A stretch of 64,000 nt of DNA from Felis catus. Its lineage: Eukaryota. The notes below the pieces were generated by a model that had not been told where the DNA came from, did not search any database, and saw only the letters and a list, made by a program, of their open reading frames with translations. Both the position numbers and the translations under genes were made by a program. The stretch is from the NCBI RefSeq assembly GCF_018350175.1, contig NC_058368.1, positions 103,976,001-104,040,000 of the forward strand. Direction: 5' to 3'. Shown one piece after another: positions 1-14,629 of the stretch (the first letter of the stretch is position 1; every line of letters starts with the position of its first letter).

Positions 1-324
1 CGAGGGAGGTCTGGGGCAGGCATTCAGATGTCTAAGTCAGGTCAAGGAACAGCGCTGACCCTTTCTTCTGTTCCTTACTTCTTCGTGACGTGTATGAAGA
101 CGAAGCTACCTCGCAGAGGCCATCTGGTTATTAGTTTCACAGCGATGTGTATTTTGTCATTTGATCCGGAACTAAAGGGTCTTTTCCCCATCTCCTTCGT
201 TTCTGCTCAAGTGAGAGAAGTAGGAGAAAACATGAAATACGCTTTATCTTTCCCTTCAAGGACTGTCTGCCTTTGCTTGGGAACTTGACACAAACTCGCT
301 ACATACTTTTCTTTTTTTTCCTTT

Positions 325-363
<39 letters not shown>

Positions 364-622
364 TTTTTTGAGAGAGAGAGGGTGGGGGAGCGGCTGTAGG
401 AGCACAATGAATATATAATAACATAAAACATTTCGAACATTGGGTTATGACAATCCTCTTAAAAGATTCATGTTCATAATAGGATTGGCACATTGCTGGG
501 CCTAGAAACTCCTCTGGTTTCAGAAACGGAAAACTCGGATACTTGGATCACAAGGATTACCTTCCTGTAACAAAACTTATTTATCTTCCCCTGTACTACT
601 GTTTTTAAAATCCAGAAGTATT

Positions 623-855
623 GGGGCGCCTGGGTGGCGCAGTCGGTTAAGCGTCCGACTTCAGCCAGGTCACGATCTCGCGGTCCGTGAGTTCGAGCCC
701 CGCGTCGGGCTCTGGGCCGATGGCTCAGAGCCTGGAGCCTGTTTCCAATTCCGTGTCTCCCTCTCTCTCTGCCCCTCCCCCGTTCATGCTCTCTCTCTCT
801 CTCTCTCTCTCTGTCCCAAAAATAAATAAAAAACGTTGAAAAAAAAAATTTTTTT
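623..855 (+). mobile_element. Young felid SINE (tcagccaggtcacgatctcgcggtccgtgag subfamily)
   Basis: Full length, CpGs largely intact; TSD aaaatccagaagtatt / aaaatccgtaagtatt. Confidence 0.92.
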
Positions 856-2621
856 AAAAATCCGTAAGTATTATTTCCATGCTTGTTCTTGCCAAACATT
901 CTTCTTTCCAAAAGGAAAAGGATCAGTATTTGGTTATTTTCTGTGTCGCTGTAACTTTAAGTGTTACTAAGATAAATATATAAATAACCTGTTAAAGAAG
1001 CCAAATTTTTTTTTTTTTTTTTTTTGGTACCAACCTGTTGGGGGTAGCTAAAAAACAGTGAAAGTGCGATCTCCATTGTTTCAACATTTACTCAATTTTT
1101 ATAACACAGTGTGGTTCCACATAAAGAATGGTGTTTATAAAAGCATATTCCATCTGTGTATTGGAGTTTGGGCTGAAGTTTTGGAAGAAAAATAGCTTTT
1201 CCTAGCTGCTTTGATTTGTTGTGTCGAAGGCTTTGGTCATAATCTCTCCCAGTGTCTGCTTTCCTTGGCTGCCCTTTCTTCTGCCCCTCAGCTTTGTCAA
1301 GTTCAGCTGATATTCTTTCCTGTTTAAATGAACGATAAAAAGATGATTGAGGGGGGAAAAATGCCATAGGTATAACCCTCACAAAATGTTTTTGTTTTCT
1401 CTCCCCAAAATAAAGTCCTAATTCTGTTCTAATAACTCAAGCCCAAGAAAGAGATAAAGTAGCAAAGGACATTTCTTTTGCAGTTCATCCTTTTATATAC
1501 TTCTCTTAAAAAAGAGGGATTGTGGCATTCTAAACAGCACTTCATAGTGGTGACAGGAGTGTTAAGTGGGCCAAGCAAGACTAGAAATCTGGACTGTAAA
1601 CTCCTAGCCTAGAAGTCAGCCCAGGCAGTGCTAAGTTCCAGTTACACAAAGCAAAATGATTCAAGTCCATGCGGCCGCTGGTAAGTCTTTACATCTTTGC
1701 ATTCCCAGTAGTCTACTCAGTTGAGGAGAGTGTTTTAATAGATTGAGAAAGCCTGTTATCTGTTCAGATGAATTCTGTTAACTTCAAACTCTTCAGACGC
1801 TGGGGAAAATAATTTTATAGACAATAAACATAACCACCTTGAAGTGGAAGGCCCCAAACAGCCACACCCTCATTTGGAACAGCTAGTTTCACAAATTCAT
1901 TTCAGTTCAACAAATACAGGAACGCCTGCTGTTGGTTCCATCGTGGTGGGGGAATACAGGAATGAGGGTTCAGAGGACATTGCTGGGGGCTGTGGCTACA
2001 TTAAACTCAAACAAGATACTACTATAAAAAGTTTGGCCTATAACTGAATCTTCTCCACAGTTAAGGACGTTTGCCTGTTCAACAGTCTTTAGTAAGTTTT
2101 TCTTGGTTCATGGAGATTTTTGTTTGTTTTTCCCTGTAAAATGGTCACTTCCAGCCCTGCTGAAGTCACTTCTGAATCACTCAAAGACTTGAGACACTCT
2201 ATTTCCTGAGCTTTAAACTCTTGTTTTGGTACCAGAAGAAGAGTAATTTTAAGACGGAGGTAGATACATCGTCAGTGTTATATATATATTGCGATCACTC
2301 CATATTTGAAATCATTTGGGTAGGAAAATTTTGACGCTTAGGCACCCAGTCTTCTTTGCTCTGAACTTTGTAACTTAGATTAATTATGACAAAGTTCAGA
2401 CTCGTTGGAATCTGGATGTCCTGACGGGCGTTTTCTTCTTGGAGTATTAGAATGGCTTGCTCTTGGGGCGCCTCGGTGGCTCAGCCACTTAAGCATCCGA
2501 CTTTGGCTCTCGTCATGATCTCACGGTTCATGAGTTCGAGCCCCACGTCGGGCTCTGTGCTGACAGCATGGAGCCTGCTTCTGTCTGCACCCACCTGCCC
2601 ACTCGCGTGTGTGCTCGTTCG

Positions 2622-2670
<49 letters not shown>

Positions 2671-2749
2671 AAAAATAAATATTTAAAAAAAAGAAGAATG
2701 GCTTGCTCTTGCCACATAGTCCTCATCACCTACAACCTGGCCTCCTAGT

Positions 2750-2975
2750 TAATAATAGCTGGCATTGATTGAGAATGCTTGCTGTGTGACAGGCATTGTG
2801 CTCAACATTTTGCATTCATTTTCATACAGAATGAGACAGATGCTGTCGTTATCCACTCGACACATAAGAACATGGAAGGTCTGAGAAGTTAAGCACCTAG
2901 GTAGAGACACAGCTAAATTCAGGTCCAGAGCCTGCACTCTAACACTAGAGCCTGAACTTGAACACTTCTCTACTC
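2750..2975 (-). mobile_element. MIR relic
   Basis: attgattgagaatgcttgctgtgtgacaggcattgtgct...tctgagaagttaagcac...gcctgcactctaacact matches antisense MIR. Confidence 0.6.
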
Positions 2976-4007
2976 TAGAATCTGGAATGGCCCGCATGAC
3001 CTCGTCTCCCCTGCCAGGAATTTAAGGACATTGGAGTACATGTAGATCGTGTCAACTTCATTCCTAATACTACGAGCATGACTATCTTTTCCATCCAAAC
3101 AATCACAGTAACTAGCCGCTCCAGACTTAAGAGGTGATGATGCAGAAGAATAAGGAACAGGTGTGCCAAAGGGACTGCTGAAGGAAGTTACCTACATTCT
3201 TTCCCTCTCATCTCTGTTCCTTTGCTTAAGCAGTCCCCTCTTTTCTTTTTCTCAATATACCTGTACAAATCAACTCACGATTTCCTTCCTTTAAAGTCCT
3301 TCCTTATCGCTGGCCATACTTACCTCTTGTTTCTCCATGTTCCCCTTGCATGTCTGTGATCAACCCCATAGATTTTAGCTGCTGCTGTTATTGCTGTTGA
3401 TGAACAGTGAACATTTATTGAGCATTTATTATGTACAAAGTACTATTTCAAGCTGTTAACAGTTACTAGCTCACACACTAGTCCCATATATATTAGTGAA
3501 CCTTAAATAGATTGCAAACTCTGATCACATTTTTTTCTTCCTGAATTTCTCAGGGGGCCCAGCGAATAATCACCTTCGATAACCATCTGTTAGTGAGCTA
3601 GGGAGGCTGAGACGCCATTCCCCCTAATTAAGGTGTATAATATACTTATAACTGAGGTTCAGCTTGACTATCTCAGGGGAAATTTTACTCTGTTAAAGTT
3701 GTTTAATCAAATTTTCTATCAGTAGCAGTTAGAATTTTTAGGTGCATTGACTTGCCTGAGAGCTGGGAGTTACTCATCTTTGTGTTAGCAGTAAGGCTGC
3801 AGATTTACTCATCACCAAAATGCATATTTGATTTAAAAATACCCCCTTTCTGGGGCGCATGGGAGGGTCAGTTGGTTAAGCATCTTCAGCTCAGGTCATG
3901 GTCTTGTGGTTCATGGGTTCGAGCCCCGCATTGGGCTCTGCGCTGACAGTATGGAGCCTGCTTAGTCTTCTCTTTTTCACGCTCCCCCTGCCCCTCCCCT
4001 GCTCACG

Positions 4008-4040
<33 letters not shown>

Positions 4041-4311
4041 GCTCAAAATAAATACATAAACTTAAAAAAAATAAAAATAAACCAATAAATGAAAATAGCC
4101 CCCTTCTTACCAAGAACTGGTAATTTAGCTGCATATTTCCTTTTGAGACCCTACTTTCCTCCCTTTGAGTATTTTTTTCATTCTGAATGTTATGTTCCCA
4201 GTATATAGACATTTCTAACCTAATGTTTTTCACACACATTTTCTGAGATACACTTTTATTTCTTAAAGTCTCTTGTGGATCTGATTTATTAACGGGCTAA
4301 GTTATTTTTTC

Positions 4312-4345
4312 CTTCTCTCTTTCTTTCTTTCTCTCTTTCTTTCTC

Positions 4346-4409
<64 letters not shown>

Positions 4410-4411
4410 TT
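4312..4411. repeat. (TTTC)n microsatellite in the tail of an antisense SINE
   Basis: Run of ctttcttt adjoining SINE 4412-4605. Confidence 0.9.
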
Positions 4412-7379
4412 AATGTTTATATCAGGGAGAGAGAGACAGAACGCGAACAGGAGAGGGGCAGAGAGAGTGGGAGACAGAATCTGAAGCAGGCTCCAGGCTC
4501 TGAGTTGTCAGCACACAGTCCAACCCGGGCTCACACTCACAAACTGTGAGATCATGACGCGAGCCAAAGTAGGACACAACCGACTAAGCCACCTAGGCTC
4601 CCCTTAATGGCTAAGTTACCTTCAAAGAGTTACAAAAACTGTCTAAAATGACTGATACATTTCTGAGCAAAAGTTTTCTTGATTCATATTTCAAATAATA
4701 AATTACATGACCCGTAACATATTTGTAATGCAATCTTAATTTTTAAAAATTTTTTAATGTTTCTTTATTTTTGAGAGAAAGAGAGCATGAGGAGGAGAGG
4801 GACCAGAGAGAGAGGGAGACACAGAATTGGAAGCAGGCTCCAGGCTCTGAGCTGTCAGCACAGAACCTGACCTGGGCTCCAACCCACAAACAGTGAGATC
4901 ATGACCTGAGCCGAAGTTGGATGCCTAACTGACTGTGCCAATTTTTTTTTTTAATATTTACTTATTTTGGGGGGAGAGAGAGTGAGCTGGAGAGGGGCAG
5001 AGAGAGAGGCAGACACAGAATCTGAAGTAGACTTCAGGCTCTGAGCTGTCAGCATAGAACCCGACGCAAGGCTCAAATTCAAAAACTTCGAGATCGTGAC
5101 CTGAGCTGAAGTCAGACGCTTAACCAACTGAGCCACCCAGGTACCCCCACAGTTTTTTTAAAATTCTCATTTCCAGGTCACCAGTTCTGGTAATTGGTAA
5201 TTCTGGTTATCTGGTATACTTTTTAATGTGAACTTTGGAATAGGAAGAAAGAATTATGACATTAGAAACTATTAAAATGTTATTAAAGTGAAACAGTTGA
5301 GTTTGAAAAGACGGAGAAAAATGAAACAGCGTTCTGGTCTAAAATGTTTTTGAAAAAGGAATTTAGTGAATCAGATCAGTCCTATGGCTAAAGGTTACTA
5401 TCGGAAATTGCTGATCTATTGAGGCAGTTCGTAAAGATGTTAAGAATTCAGGCTCTAGGGGCACCTGACTGGGTCACTTGGTGGAGCGTGCAAGTCTTGA
5501 TCTTGGGGTCATGAGTTCGAGCCCCGTGTTAGTGTAGAGATTACTTACTTTTTTAAAAATTAAAAAAAAATAGGGGCACCTGGGTGGCTCAGTCGGTTAA
5601 GCGACTGACTTCAGCTCAGGTCACGATCTCGCGGTCCGTGAGTTCGAGCCCCGCGTTGGGCTCTGGGCTGATGGCTCAGAGCCTGGAGCCTGCTTCCCAT
5701 TCTGTGTCTCCCTCTCTCTCTGCTCCTCCCCCATTCATGCTGTGTCTCTCTCTCTGTCTCAAAAATAAATAAACGTTAAAAAAAATTTTTTTTTTTTAAT
5801 TAAAAAAAGAAAGAAAGAAAGAATGCATGTTCTAGGAAAGTAGGATTTGAAATCTGACTTCTCTGTCTCCTGAAAGTGTGACCCTGGCCAGTTACTGAAC
5901 ACCTCTAAGCCACCCCTTCATCATCTGTAAAGGGGAATACTTAAATCACTGCTTCATAGATGCTTGCTATCAACTATAAATGAGAAGTGTAAGAAATTCA
6001 CTTCATCCAGTGTCTGATGTTGTTAGCTCTCGATAACCATAGCTGTGTCAATCTTTCCCACTGAGCGTCTGGAACATGCTGTGGTGTTGGGGTGGGGGTG
6101 GGTGGGAGGATTACATAAAAGATAATTAGTCAAAATTCAACAGCCCTAACTCTGACAGTAGCAAGCCCAAGGGTTCTATTTTTTTTTTTTTTTTAATGTT
6201 TACTTTTGAGAGAGAGTGAGAGCGAGTGAGCTAGCAGAGGAGGGGCAAAGAGAGAGGGAGACAGAATCCCAAGCAGGCTCCATGCTATCAGCGCAAAGCC
6301 CGGTGAGGGGCTGGAACTCACAAACCATGTGAGATCATGACCTAAGCCGAAGTCAGACACTCAACGGACTGAGCCACCCAGGCGCCTCTTCCCCAGTATT
6401 CTGTTAAAAGTGAGCCTCTGTTCAGCAGCTAGACCTCAAAGACATGTGGGGCAATACTTCCATGAAACCAACATGGCACCTTGGTTTTTACTTTATGTTA
6501 AAAACCTCTCCTACGAGAACTACTTAGTGACTTACCAGCTTATTTAAATATTGCTTACTGCTTTGGTGTTTTCCCATCTATTGTTCAGTACTTTTATCTA
6601 CAAGCCATTGATTTTCGAAATCCTGCTTCCTGGCATTGAGCTTTTATCTCATGGCTCCTCATCTTTACATTGTTCATTGTTTTCCAATTGTTAAACTCTA
6701 AAAGAGCTCTCCTTCACCATCTGTCTAACTCTGTTAACGCTCAGTTCTAGGCGTCTCACACGTTTTCAAAGGTCCTTGAGAGAGACTCTTCCAGAGCCAT
6801 ATCAGTGACTGTTCTTAAAGGAAGCGGTGGGAGGGAGCCTGGGTGGCTCATTGGTTGAGGGTCCGAATCTTGATTTCAGCTCAGGTCATGATCCCAGGGT
6901 TGTGGGTTTGAGCCCTGCGTCGGGCTCTGCATTGAGCTTAAGATTCTGTATCTCTCTCACTCTGCCCCTCTCCCCTGTTCACGAGCTCGGTCTCCAAAAT
7001 AATTTAAAAAAAAATTTTTTTAAAGGAAAGAAGGGGCTTTATCTAAACTTAATTATTTACCCCTAGAAGAGAAGCAAAAGCAACTTAACTGCATTCTCAA
7101 AGATAAACTGGTTTGTATGTCATCATCGGTCACTCTGTGTGCCAGATTCCCACATTCTTTTTTTTTTTTAATTTTTTTTTTCAATGTTTATTTATTTTTG
7201 GGACAGAGACAGAGCATGAACGGGGGAGGGGCAGAGAGAGAGGGAGACACAGAATCGGAAACAGGCTCCAGGCTCTGAGCCATCAGCCCAGAGCCCGACA
7301 CGGGGCTGGAACTCACGGACCGCGAGATCGTGACCTGGCTGAAGTCGGACGCTTAACCGACTGCGCCACCCAGGCACCC

Positions 7380-7870
7380 CCCATTTATGTTTAATCCCCA
7401 TTCCCACCTTGCCCCAGGTAACCATTTGTCTACTTTCTGTTTCTATAAACTTGCCTTTTCTGGGCATTTCATATAAGTGGAATCATATAATCCGTGGTCT
7501 TTTGTATCTGCCTTCTTTCACTTAGCCTTGGGTTTTTGAGGTCTGTTTGTAAAGTAGTGTATGTCATTAGCTGAGTCCTTTTTGTCACTGAATAGTATTC
7601 AGCGATACTATGTGAATATTCCACATTTTGTCCATCTGTTGGCTTGTTCAGGAACATTTAGTTGGTCTCCAGTTGTTGGTTATTATGAATAATGCTATGA
7701 ATATTTGTATGCAAGTCTTTGTGTGGACATATGCTCTCACTTCTTATATACGTAGAGGTGGAATTTCTGAGTCATATGGTCAATCTGTGTTCAACTTTTT
7801 GAAGAACTGGAAAAATTTCTCAAAGCAGCCATACTGTGTTATGCTTCTACCCGCAATGCACGAGGGCGTA
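7380..7870 (-). mobile_element. Old L1M-type 3' fragment
   Basis: Typical antisense L1M text: ccccaggtaacca...ctactttctgtttctata...catttcatataagtggaatcatata...aataatgctatgaatatt. Confidence 0.7.
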
Positions 7871-10800
7871 TGGTATAGCTTTAAGAGAAATCCTTTCACA
7901 ATCCGGGAAAACAAGACTGTAAGCGCTTTAAATTTTTTTTTTAATGTTTTTTTTTTTTGAGAGAGAGAAACCGTGCGAGCCAGGGAGGGGCAGAGAGAGA
8001 GAGAGGGGTGGGGGGAGGGAGACACAGAATCCAAAGCAGGCTCCAGGCTCTGAGCTGACAGCACAGGGCCCGACACAGGGCTTGAGTCACGAACTATGAG
8101 ATCATGACCTGAGCCAAAGTCGGACACTTAACTGACTGAGCCACCCAGGCCTCCCAAGACTGTAAGCACTTTAAACGCGGATCAGTACCTTACACTTCAG
8201 AAGATAGTAGGTGACATTCATACTTAGGATTTTGAAAACTCCCCCAAAGTGCAGTGTTATCAAAGATGTGAACAGATGTGACAGTGCTAACAAAGATAAC
8301 TCAGGCTGGCATACTTGGGTACATTTTTTACAACCTCTTAAAATTTTGCTGGTGACATTTATCACTGTTTTTTTCTTTTATGACGGAGTAATACAAAGAA
8401 GAGCCTAAGAAATTGGACCATAATCTCCCCTATCTGTGTTGACATAGTTTAAAGCAATATGCGTATAAGGCTAGAAAAATAGTGTAGCCTCTGTTCAAGA
8501 TGAAAAGCGAGAGCCTTCTTCCTGCCTTCCACGTTACATTTCCTTGTCTCAAGGGTAACCGCTTGCTGAGGTTTTCGTTGTGTCCTCATGCTGTCCTCAT
8601 ACAAAAAGAATCCAGCTTTTTGTAGGTTTGGTTTGTTTTAGAATATGCATCTCCCAATATGCATGTAAAAAGGTTGGCCTTGGTGAAATGAAGTGCTTTG
8701 TGAGTGTGATCATACAGTATTTGGACTGCACACGGTAGGAGAGTTCGGTGAATGGCAAACAGTATTCTCATAGAGCACAGTTTTCTCAAACCTCTTTGCA
8801 GAATAGTTATCTACCAATGAAGTGGCTTATTCGGTTTTAGCCCTGAAAGATAAATAACTCCATCAGAACACAACTTTCTTAAATGGATCTTAGCAAAATG
8901 GATCCATGGTATTAGAGGAACTGTTACCTGACTAAGACATCCTCAAGTTACGGATTCAGTTTCTTTTTTAAAATTTGTTAACGTTTATTTATTTTTGAAG
9001 GAGAGGGAGAGACAGAGCATGAGTGGGGGGAGGGGCAGAGAGAGAGGGAGACATGGAATCCGAAACAGGCTCCAGGTTCTGAGCTGTCAGCACAGAACCC
9101 AACGCGGGGCTCGAACTCATGAACGACAGGATCATGATCTGAGCCGAAGTCAGACGCTTAACTGACTGAACCACCCAGGCGCCCTTGATTCAGTTTCTTA
9201 TTTCTTCTGTTCCCCTCTCCTGAATGGATGATGCTAGACAGGCCCCTGATCAGATGAGGTAGCAGTATTTGGTCATATTAGCAGATAGGTATATTGGCCA
9301 CCTCATCTGGTCAGGGGCCTATCTAGGACCAAATGAACATGAACACGCCAACACAGGTCACAGTAGTGATGAGACGTGTTTTAAAAAAGAAGAGATCCAA
9401 GTGGAGAAGTGGCAATTTGAAGGTGGAGACAATGAGTAAGGAGATGGGAAGAGAAGAGAAAAAAGAAAAAACTGAGGAGAGATACCGAGTTACCTTGAAA
9501 AAGAAAAGAGAAAATGTTAATTTGCCATTAATGTGTGTGTCTCCCCCTTGCATCCTGGCCGCTTTCTCTCCTCTTTTTTCCAGATACTGCTCTGTGTCAT
9601 GTTGGTGAAATCTCCGGCACCGACATGGGTAGCTGACATGCCTCTTCTCCACTCATGGAGATGCTGGTCTGCGTATAAATGTTGGTGTGTGTTTTTTTAA
9701 GTCCATATATATCAGGTTTGTGTTTATATCCATATTTGTTGCCTTCTAGATTTTTCAAATGATGTCTTCCATCTTGTGTGGTGATTTAAAAAATGTGAAG
9801 AACCTCGGGGCGCCTGGGTGGCTCAGTCGGTTGGGCGGCCGACTTTGGCTCAGGTCATGATCTCGCGGTCCGTGAGTTCGAGCCCCGAGTCAGGCTCTGT
9901 GCTGACAGCTCAGAGCCTGGAGCCTGTTTCAGATTCTGCGTCTCCCTCTCTCTGACCCTCCCCCATTCATGCTTTGTCTCTCTCTGTCTCAAAAATAAAT
10001 AAACGTTAAAAAAAAAATTTTTTTAATGCGAAGAACCTTAGAAACGGGCTAATTTTTGTCTTTTATTGTTAATACTGAGGATTATCATCTGAAAACAATG
10101 ATCTTGTGGTCCTCCAAGTTACTTTGAAATCCCTAGTGTGTAGTCCTAAGCATGTTTTGTGAATTAAGTTCCTGTATATCAACAAGGATGAAAAACTAAT
10201 TCATCATGATGGCTTTCATTATCGCTGTATTGTTTCTGTAATTCACTGGAAAACAGCACCTCATTTGATCCTAACAACTTAAATATGGTGCTGGATCTGT
10301 TACATAACATATAGTGTGGTCTTCTGAGAGCCCATAGGAACTATCAAGAATATTTTCCTTTCCGGGGCATCTGGGTGGCTCAGTTGGTTAAGCTTCTGAC
10401 TCATGATCTCACGTTCGTCAGTTTGAGCCCCACGTCCGGCTCTGTGCTGACAGCTCAGAGCCTGGAGCCTGCTTCAGATTCTGTGTCTCCCTCTCTGTCT
10501 GCCCCTCCCCTACTCACGCTCTGCCTCTCTCTCTCAAAAACAAACATTAAAAAAAAAAAAACTTAAAGAATATTTTCCTTTCTTGTCGTAATAAAATTCT
10601 GTAGTGTATGAAGTTGGACTAGTTTGACATCAAATTGGTAGATTTCTACGCTGGTCCTTGTTTTGATGCAAATCTTTGCTAAAAATTTTACAAGCAGCCA
10701 CAGGCCCTTGGCTGAAATCAGATACTAAAATCACAAAACATCAGACCTTTCATCAGTACCTGAGAGGAGCTAATAGTAAATGGCCTATGAGCTAGGAGAA

Positions 10801-12149
10801 AGGCGATTATTGAACAGCTGATAATGACCAGAGAGATTTGCTCATGTTGTCAACTGACATTGAGTAAGTAGTTCTGTGTGTTGAACACCAGCCTGAGTGT
10901 CATGGCAGTCACCAAGCTGAAGAACACAAGGCCTTTGCCCATAAGGAAAGTAAGAGTAGAGAACAGCAATATTTTGAAGTTTGATCTTTTTTTCAAAGAA
11001 GCTTCAGAAAATGCATCAAAGCTTACATGAGGTGAGGTGATACCATTATTATGTGCCAGACAGCATTTAGAGTGCTTTCACATATATGACACAGGTACAG
11101 TTGTCATCACATTCTATGCATAACAGACACAGCCACTTGCCCAAGATCATAACAGCTGTTGAAGCCAAAATTCCAATGTGCAGTCTAATCTGAACCAGCC
11201 CCCTAAAATAATTAATGACACAACCTCACTAGATTTGGGATGAGGAAAGATACAGAAGGCGCAGTGCCTCCCATTAAGTGTCTGTGCATCCCTGAGTAGA
11301 TCTCTTAATTTTGTTTTTTTAATGTTTATTTTTAAGAGAGAGAGACACAGAAACAGTCTGCAAGCAGGGGAGGGACAGAGAGAGGGAGACACAGAATCCG
11401 CAGCAGGCTCCAGGCTCTGAGCTGTCAGCACAGAGCCCAACATGGGGCTCAAACCCATGAACCGTAAGATCATGACCTGAGACAAAGTCTGATGTTTAAC
11501 CGACAGAGCCACCCAGGCACCCCAGATCTCTTAATTTGAATAGGTTTGTTTTCTCAACTGTGAATCCAAGATTCATTTTCATTCAACAATTCTAACATTC
11601 AAAGGATTTCTGATGTTATGTAGAGGACAGGAAAGAGGGAGCACCTCTAGCTCTCTGTTGAGCATGGAGACTTCCTCTGTGTATTGTCAGACACAGGTAC
11701 CCCTCTCTGGCTCCTTCTGCATTCATCTGCACTCAGACCTGGCCACAGGGAACTTTATCATTGCATTTGCAGCTTTACAATGTGATTTGCATGGCAGTCA
11801 TTCATAAATTCCAGGTTTTGTTTATTTATTAAACATTTTTTAAAGTTTATTTATTTTTAGAGACAAAAAGCACACGCATGCATGCCCGAGGAGGGGCCGA
11901 GAGAGAGGGAAAGAATCCCAGGCAAGGCTCTGTGCTGTCAGCCCAGAGTCCGACGCTGGTCTCCATCTCATGAACCGCAAGATCATGACCTTAGTTGAGA
12001 TCAAAAGTGGGACACTTAACCGACTGAGTCACTCAGGCACCCCCCGCGCCCCACACACACACCAGTTTTTAAAACCATGGTTGGATTCTTCTTTGCATAA
12101 GCACAGAATGTTTCTATAAAGTGATGTGACTGCTTTGTTTTAAAAACAT

Positions 12150-12430
12150 GGGAATGTTGTCTCTTTAAAAGTAGTCACCAAAGGAACCCAAGAACTTTTC
12201 CAAAAATGCTGCAGTTGCACAAAATCTTTTTGAAACTCTTCTTGCAGAGTTACTTTCAAAGCCTGGAGCCCATTCTTTGAATAGTCATAAGGTTGGCAAA
12301 TCCTCATCCTTTGAGAATGAATTCAATTTCTGGAAATACCCTAAAGCCAAATGTGGTGAATTAGGTGGATAAGAATAATTTCAATACCTTTAAAGCATTC
12401 TTGGATAGGATCATTTTTGATTCCAAAACA
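12150..12430. mobile_element. Old Tc1/mariner-type relic (MARNA-like)
   Basis: aaaagtagtcacc...ttcca...tgctgc..ttgc.caaaa..tttttg.aactc resembles the recalled MARNA consensus; highly diverged. Confidence 0.35.
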
Positions 12431-14629
12431 GGATGTGACTCTAAAATAATAAGACTGAGTTTCTAGTGACACAAACCAGTTTATACTTTCAAATTCAGGT
12501 CATTACTTTGCAACCTTTGCATGAAAACAGTAAAATGTTACAATTATTTTTCCATCCTAAAATCACTTTTCAGTGTTTGTAATGTGCCCAGGCAGGTTTG
12601 GGCCAAATCCTAAGCATTAAAAAGTACATTGAGTATGCACATGTAACATGCAATATCTTCTCATTGAAGTGTATTCCCTATGTTTTAGGGAAAACAATTT
12701 TTTAAAACCTTGCCCTGAGTTCAGACGGTGAAGTAAGTGAGGTTCAGCAGTCAATATCTTGTATTATCTTCTCCTTCATTACACGTTAAAGGAATTTGTA
12801 TGCCAGTTACATTTTTTAGGCCCTCTCCCAATATCACCGCTTTATACCAGATGGACTTTTTTCACATATGCAAGATGTCGCTCCTGTCTTTGCCACATGA
12901 TGGCTGTCAGTTGTCAGCATGTAGCTTTCCCTTTTGGTTCAAATGGATTTATTTGTTCAAATTGGATTTCCCAGTTTTGGGTCCAAATGGATTTATTAGC
13001 ATAGCGCTTTTATCTGAGACCTGATTTTAATGCTATGTGTTTGATACTTTGTATGTGCTATGCCTCTGCGCTTCCATAATCCCCTGGAATTCAACAAGCA
13101 TTTCCCCACTGCTTCCTCTCTGCTGGGATTACAAGGTAAATGGCATGTGTGCAGTGCCCTTAGGATTCTGGGGAGAAGAGAGTGGGGTATGGGTGCACAC
13201 ACACAATTAATACCATGCGATAAAAATTCCACAGTGGTTATCAATTGCCCATGGGAACAGAGATGTAGGCAATTTGTTTTCCTTGAAGGGAGCTGAGGTA
13301 AGAGGTGATACTTGAAGTGAGGGTGAGGGGCAGGAAAGAATTTGGCCTCAGCAGAAGGTTGAAAATTATCCCAGGCGTTAGGAAGGACAAGGATAGGTTG
13401 CTTGAGAGTTCATAATCGCATTTTTGATCTGTATGTAAAGGTCTCCTGTGGCTAGCATGGTGCAGGCTGGGGGAACTAGGAAGAACACAGTGAGGGAAGA
13501 GTTGGAGCCCCCATTTAGGACGCTCTTCTTCCTTTGTTCTCTTTCTTCACTTCCGGATTTGGCTCTGCTATGGATTCTTTGGAACTTTAGGGAATTCATT
13601 CACCCTGGTCTTCACTTTTCTCCTATGTAAAGAAAGAGGGCTGAATGACCTGATTTTTTAGATTCCTTCCAACCTGAAGAGTAAGAGTCTTTGAAGAAAA
13701 ACTGCCCTACTTCTTTGCACTCTTCTGTAGCTTTTGTGTAAAGAATTCTATCAGAATGAACAAACCAAGGAAAGCCTTTTGAATGTGAATAGAATCCTTG
13801 CTCTCTCCCTTGGTTTTGGCTTCTCTTATTTTTTGCTTTTCCTTCCCTCGGTAAACATATAACTGGTTAAGGCAGGGTTGCCATTGGAACATACCTAAAC
13901 CATTCTCTTACAAGTTTATAGATACTTATCAGCATTCATGTAGCATTCAGACCTCTCTGCTTTGCCTTTTGGCAGCGGCTGACAGGGTCACAATGCCTTC
14001 TGGACCGGTCATAGTAGAAATACCTAATCAATGGGGCGCCTGGGTGGCTCAGTTGGTTAAGCATCCAACTTCGGCTCAGGTCAGGATCTCGCGGTTTATG
14101 GGTTCAAGCCCCGCGTCGGGCTCTGTGCTGACAGCTCAGAGCCTGGAGCCTGCTTCAGATTCTGTGTGTCTGTCTCTCTCTCTGCCCCTCCCTGTTCATG
14201 CTCTGTCACAGTGTCTTTCTCTCAAAAAGAAATAAACATTAAAAAAAATTTTTTTAAACCCTAATCAAGTTATTTAATGTCAAACATATAACACAAATGG
14301 AGACCAAACTTATTTTTTTTAATTAATATTTATTTAGGTAATTTCTACACTCAACATGGGGCTCAAACTTCGAACCCCTGAGATCTAGAGTCCTGTGCCC
14401 TTCCGACTGAGCCAGCCAGGTGCCCCTGGAGACCAAACTTCTTATCAGTCAAATTGGAAGCTTCTCAGCTATAGTTCAGGTCTGAAAATAATCATCTACT
14501 TCACTTGAATACAGAGGACACTTTAAGGTTTAAAAAGCCCTTTTCCTCAGAAATGAAGTCAGGGATATTTGCTTGGCACTTCAGTTGAATAATTTTTAAA
14601 GCATTTTAAAGCATTTTATATTTTATATT

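Noticed and set aside
623..700. tRNA genes suggested by A/B-box motifs
   Set aside because: These are tRNA-derived SINE heads followed by SINE body and tail.
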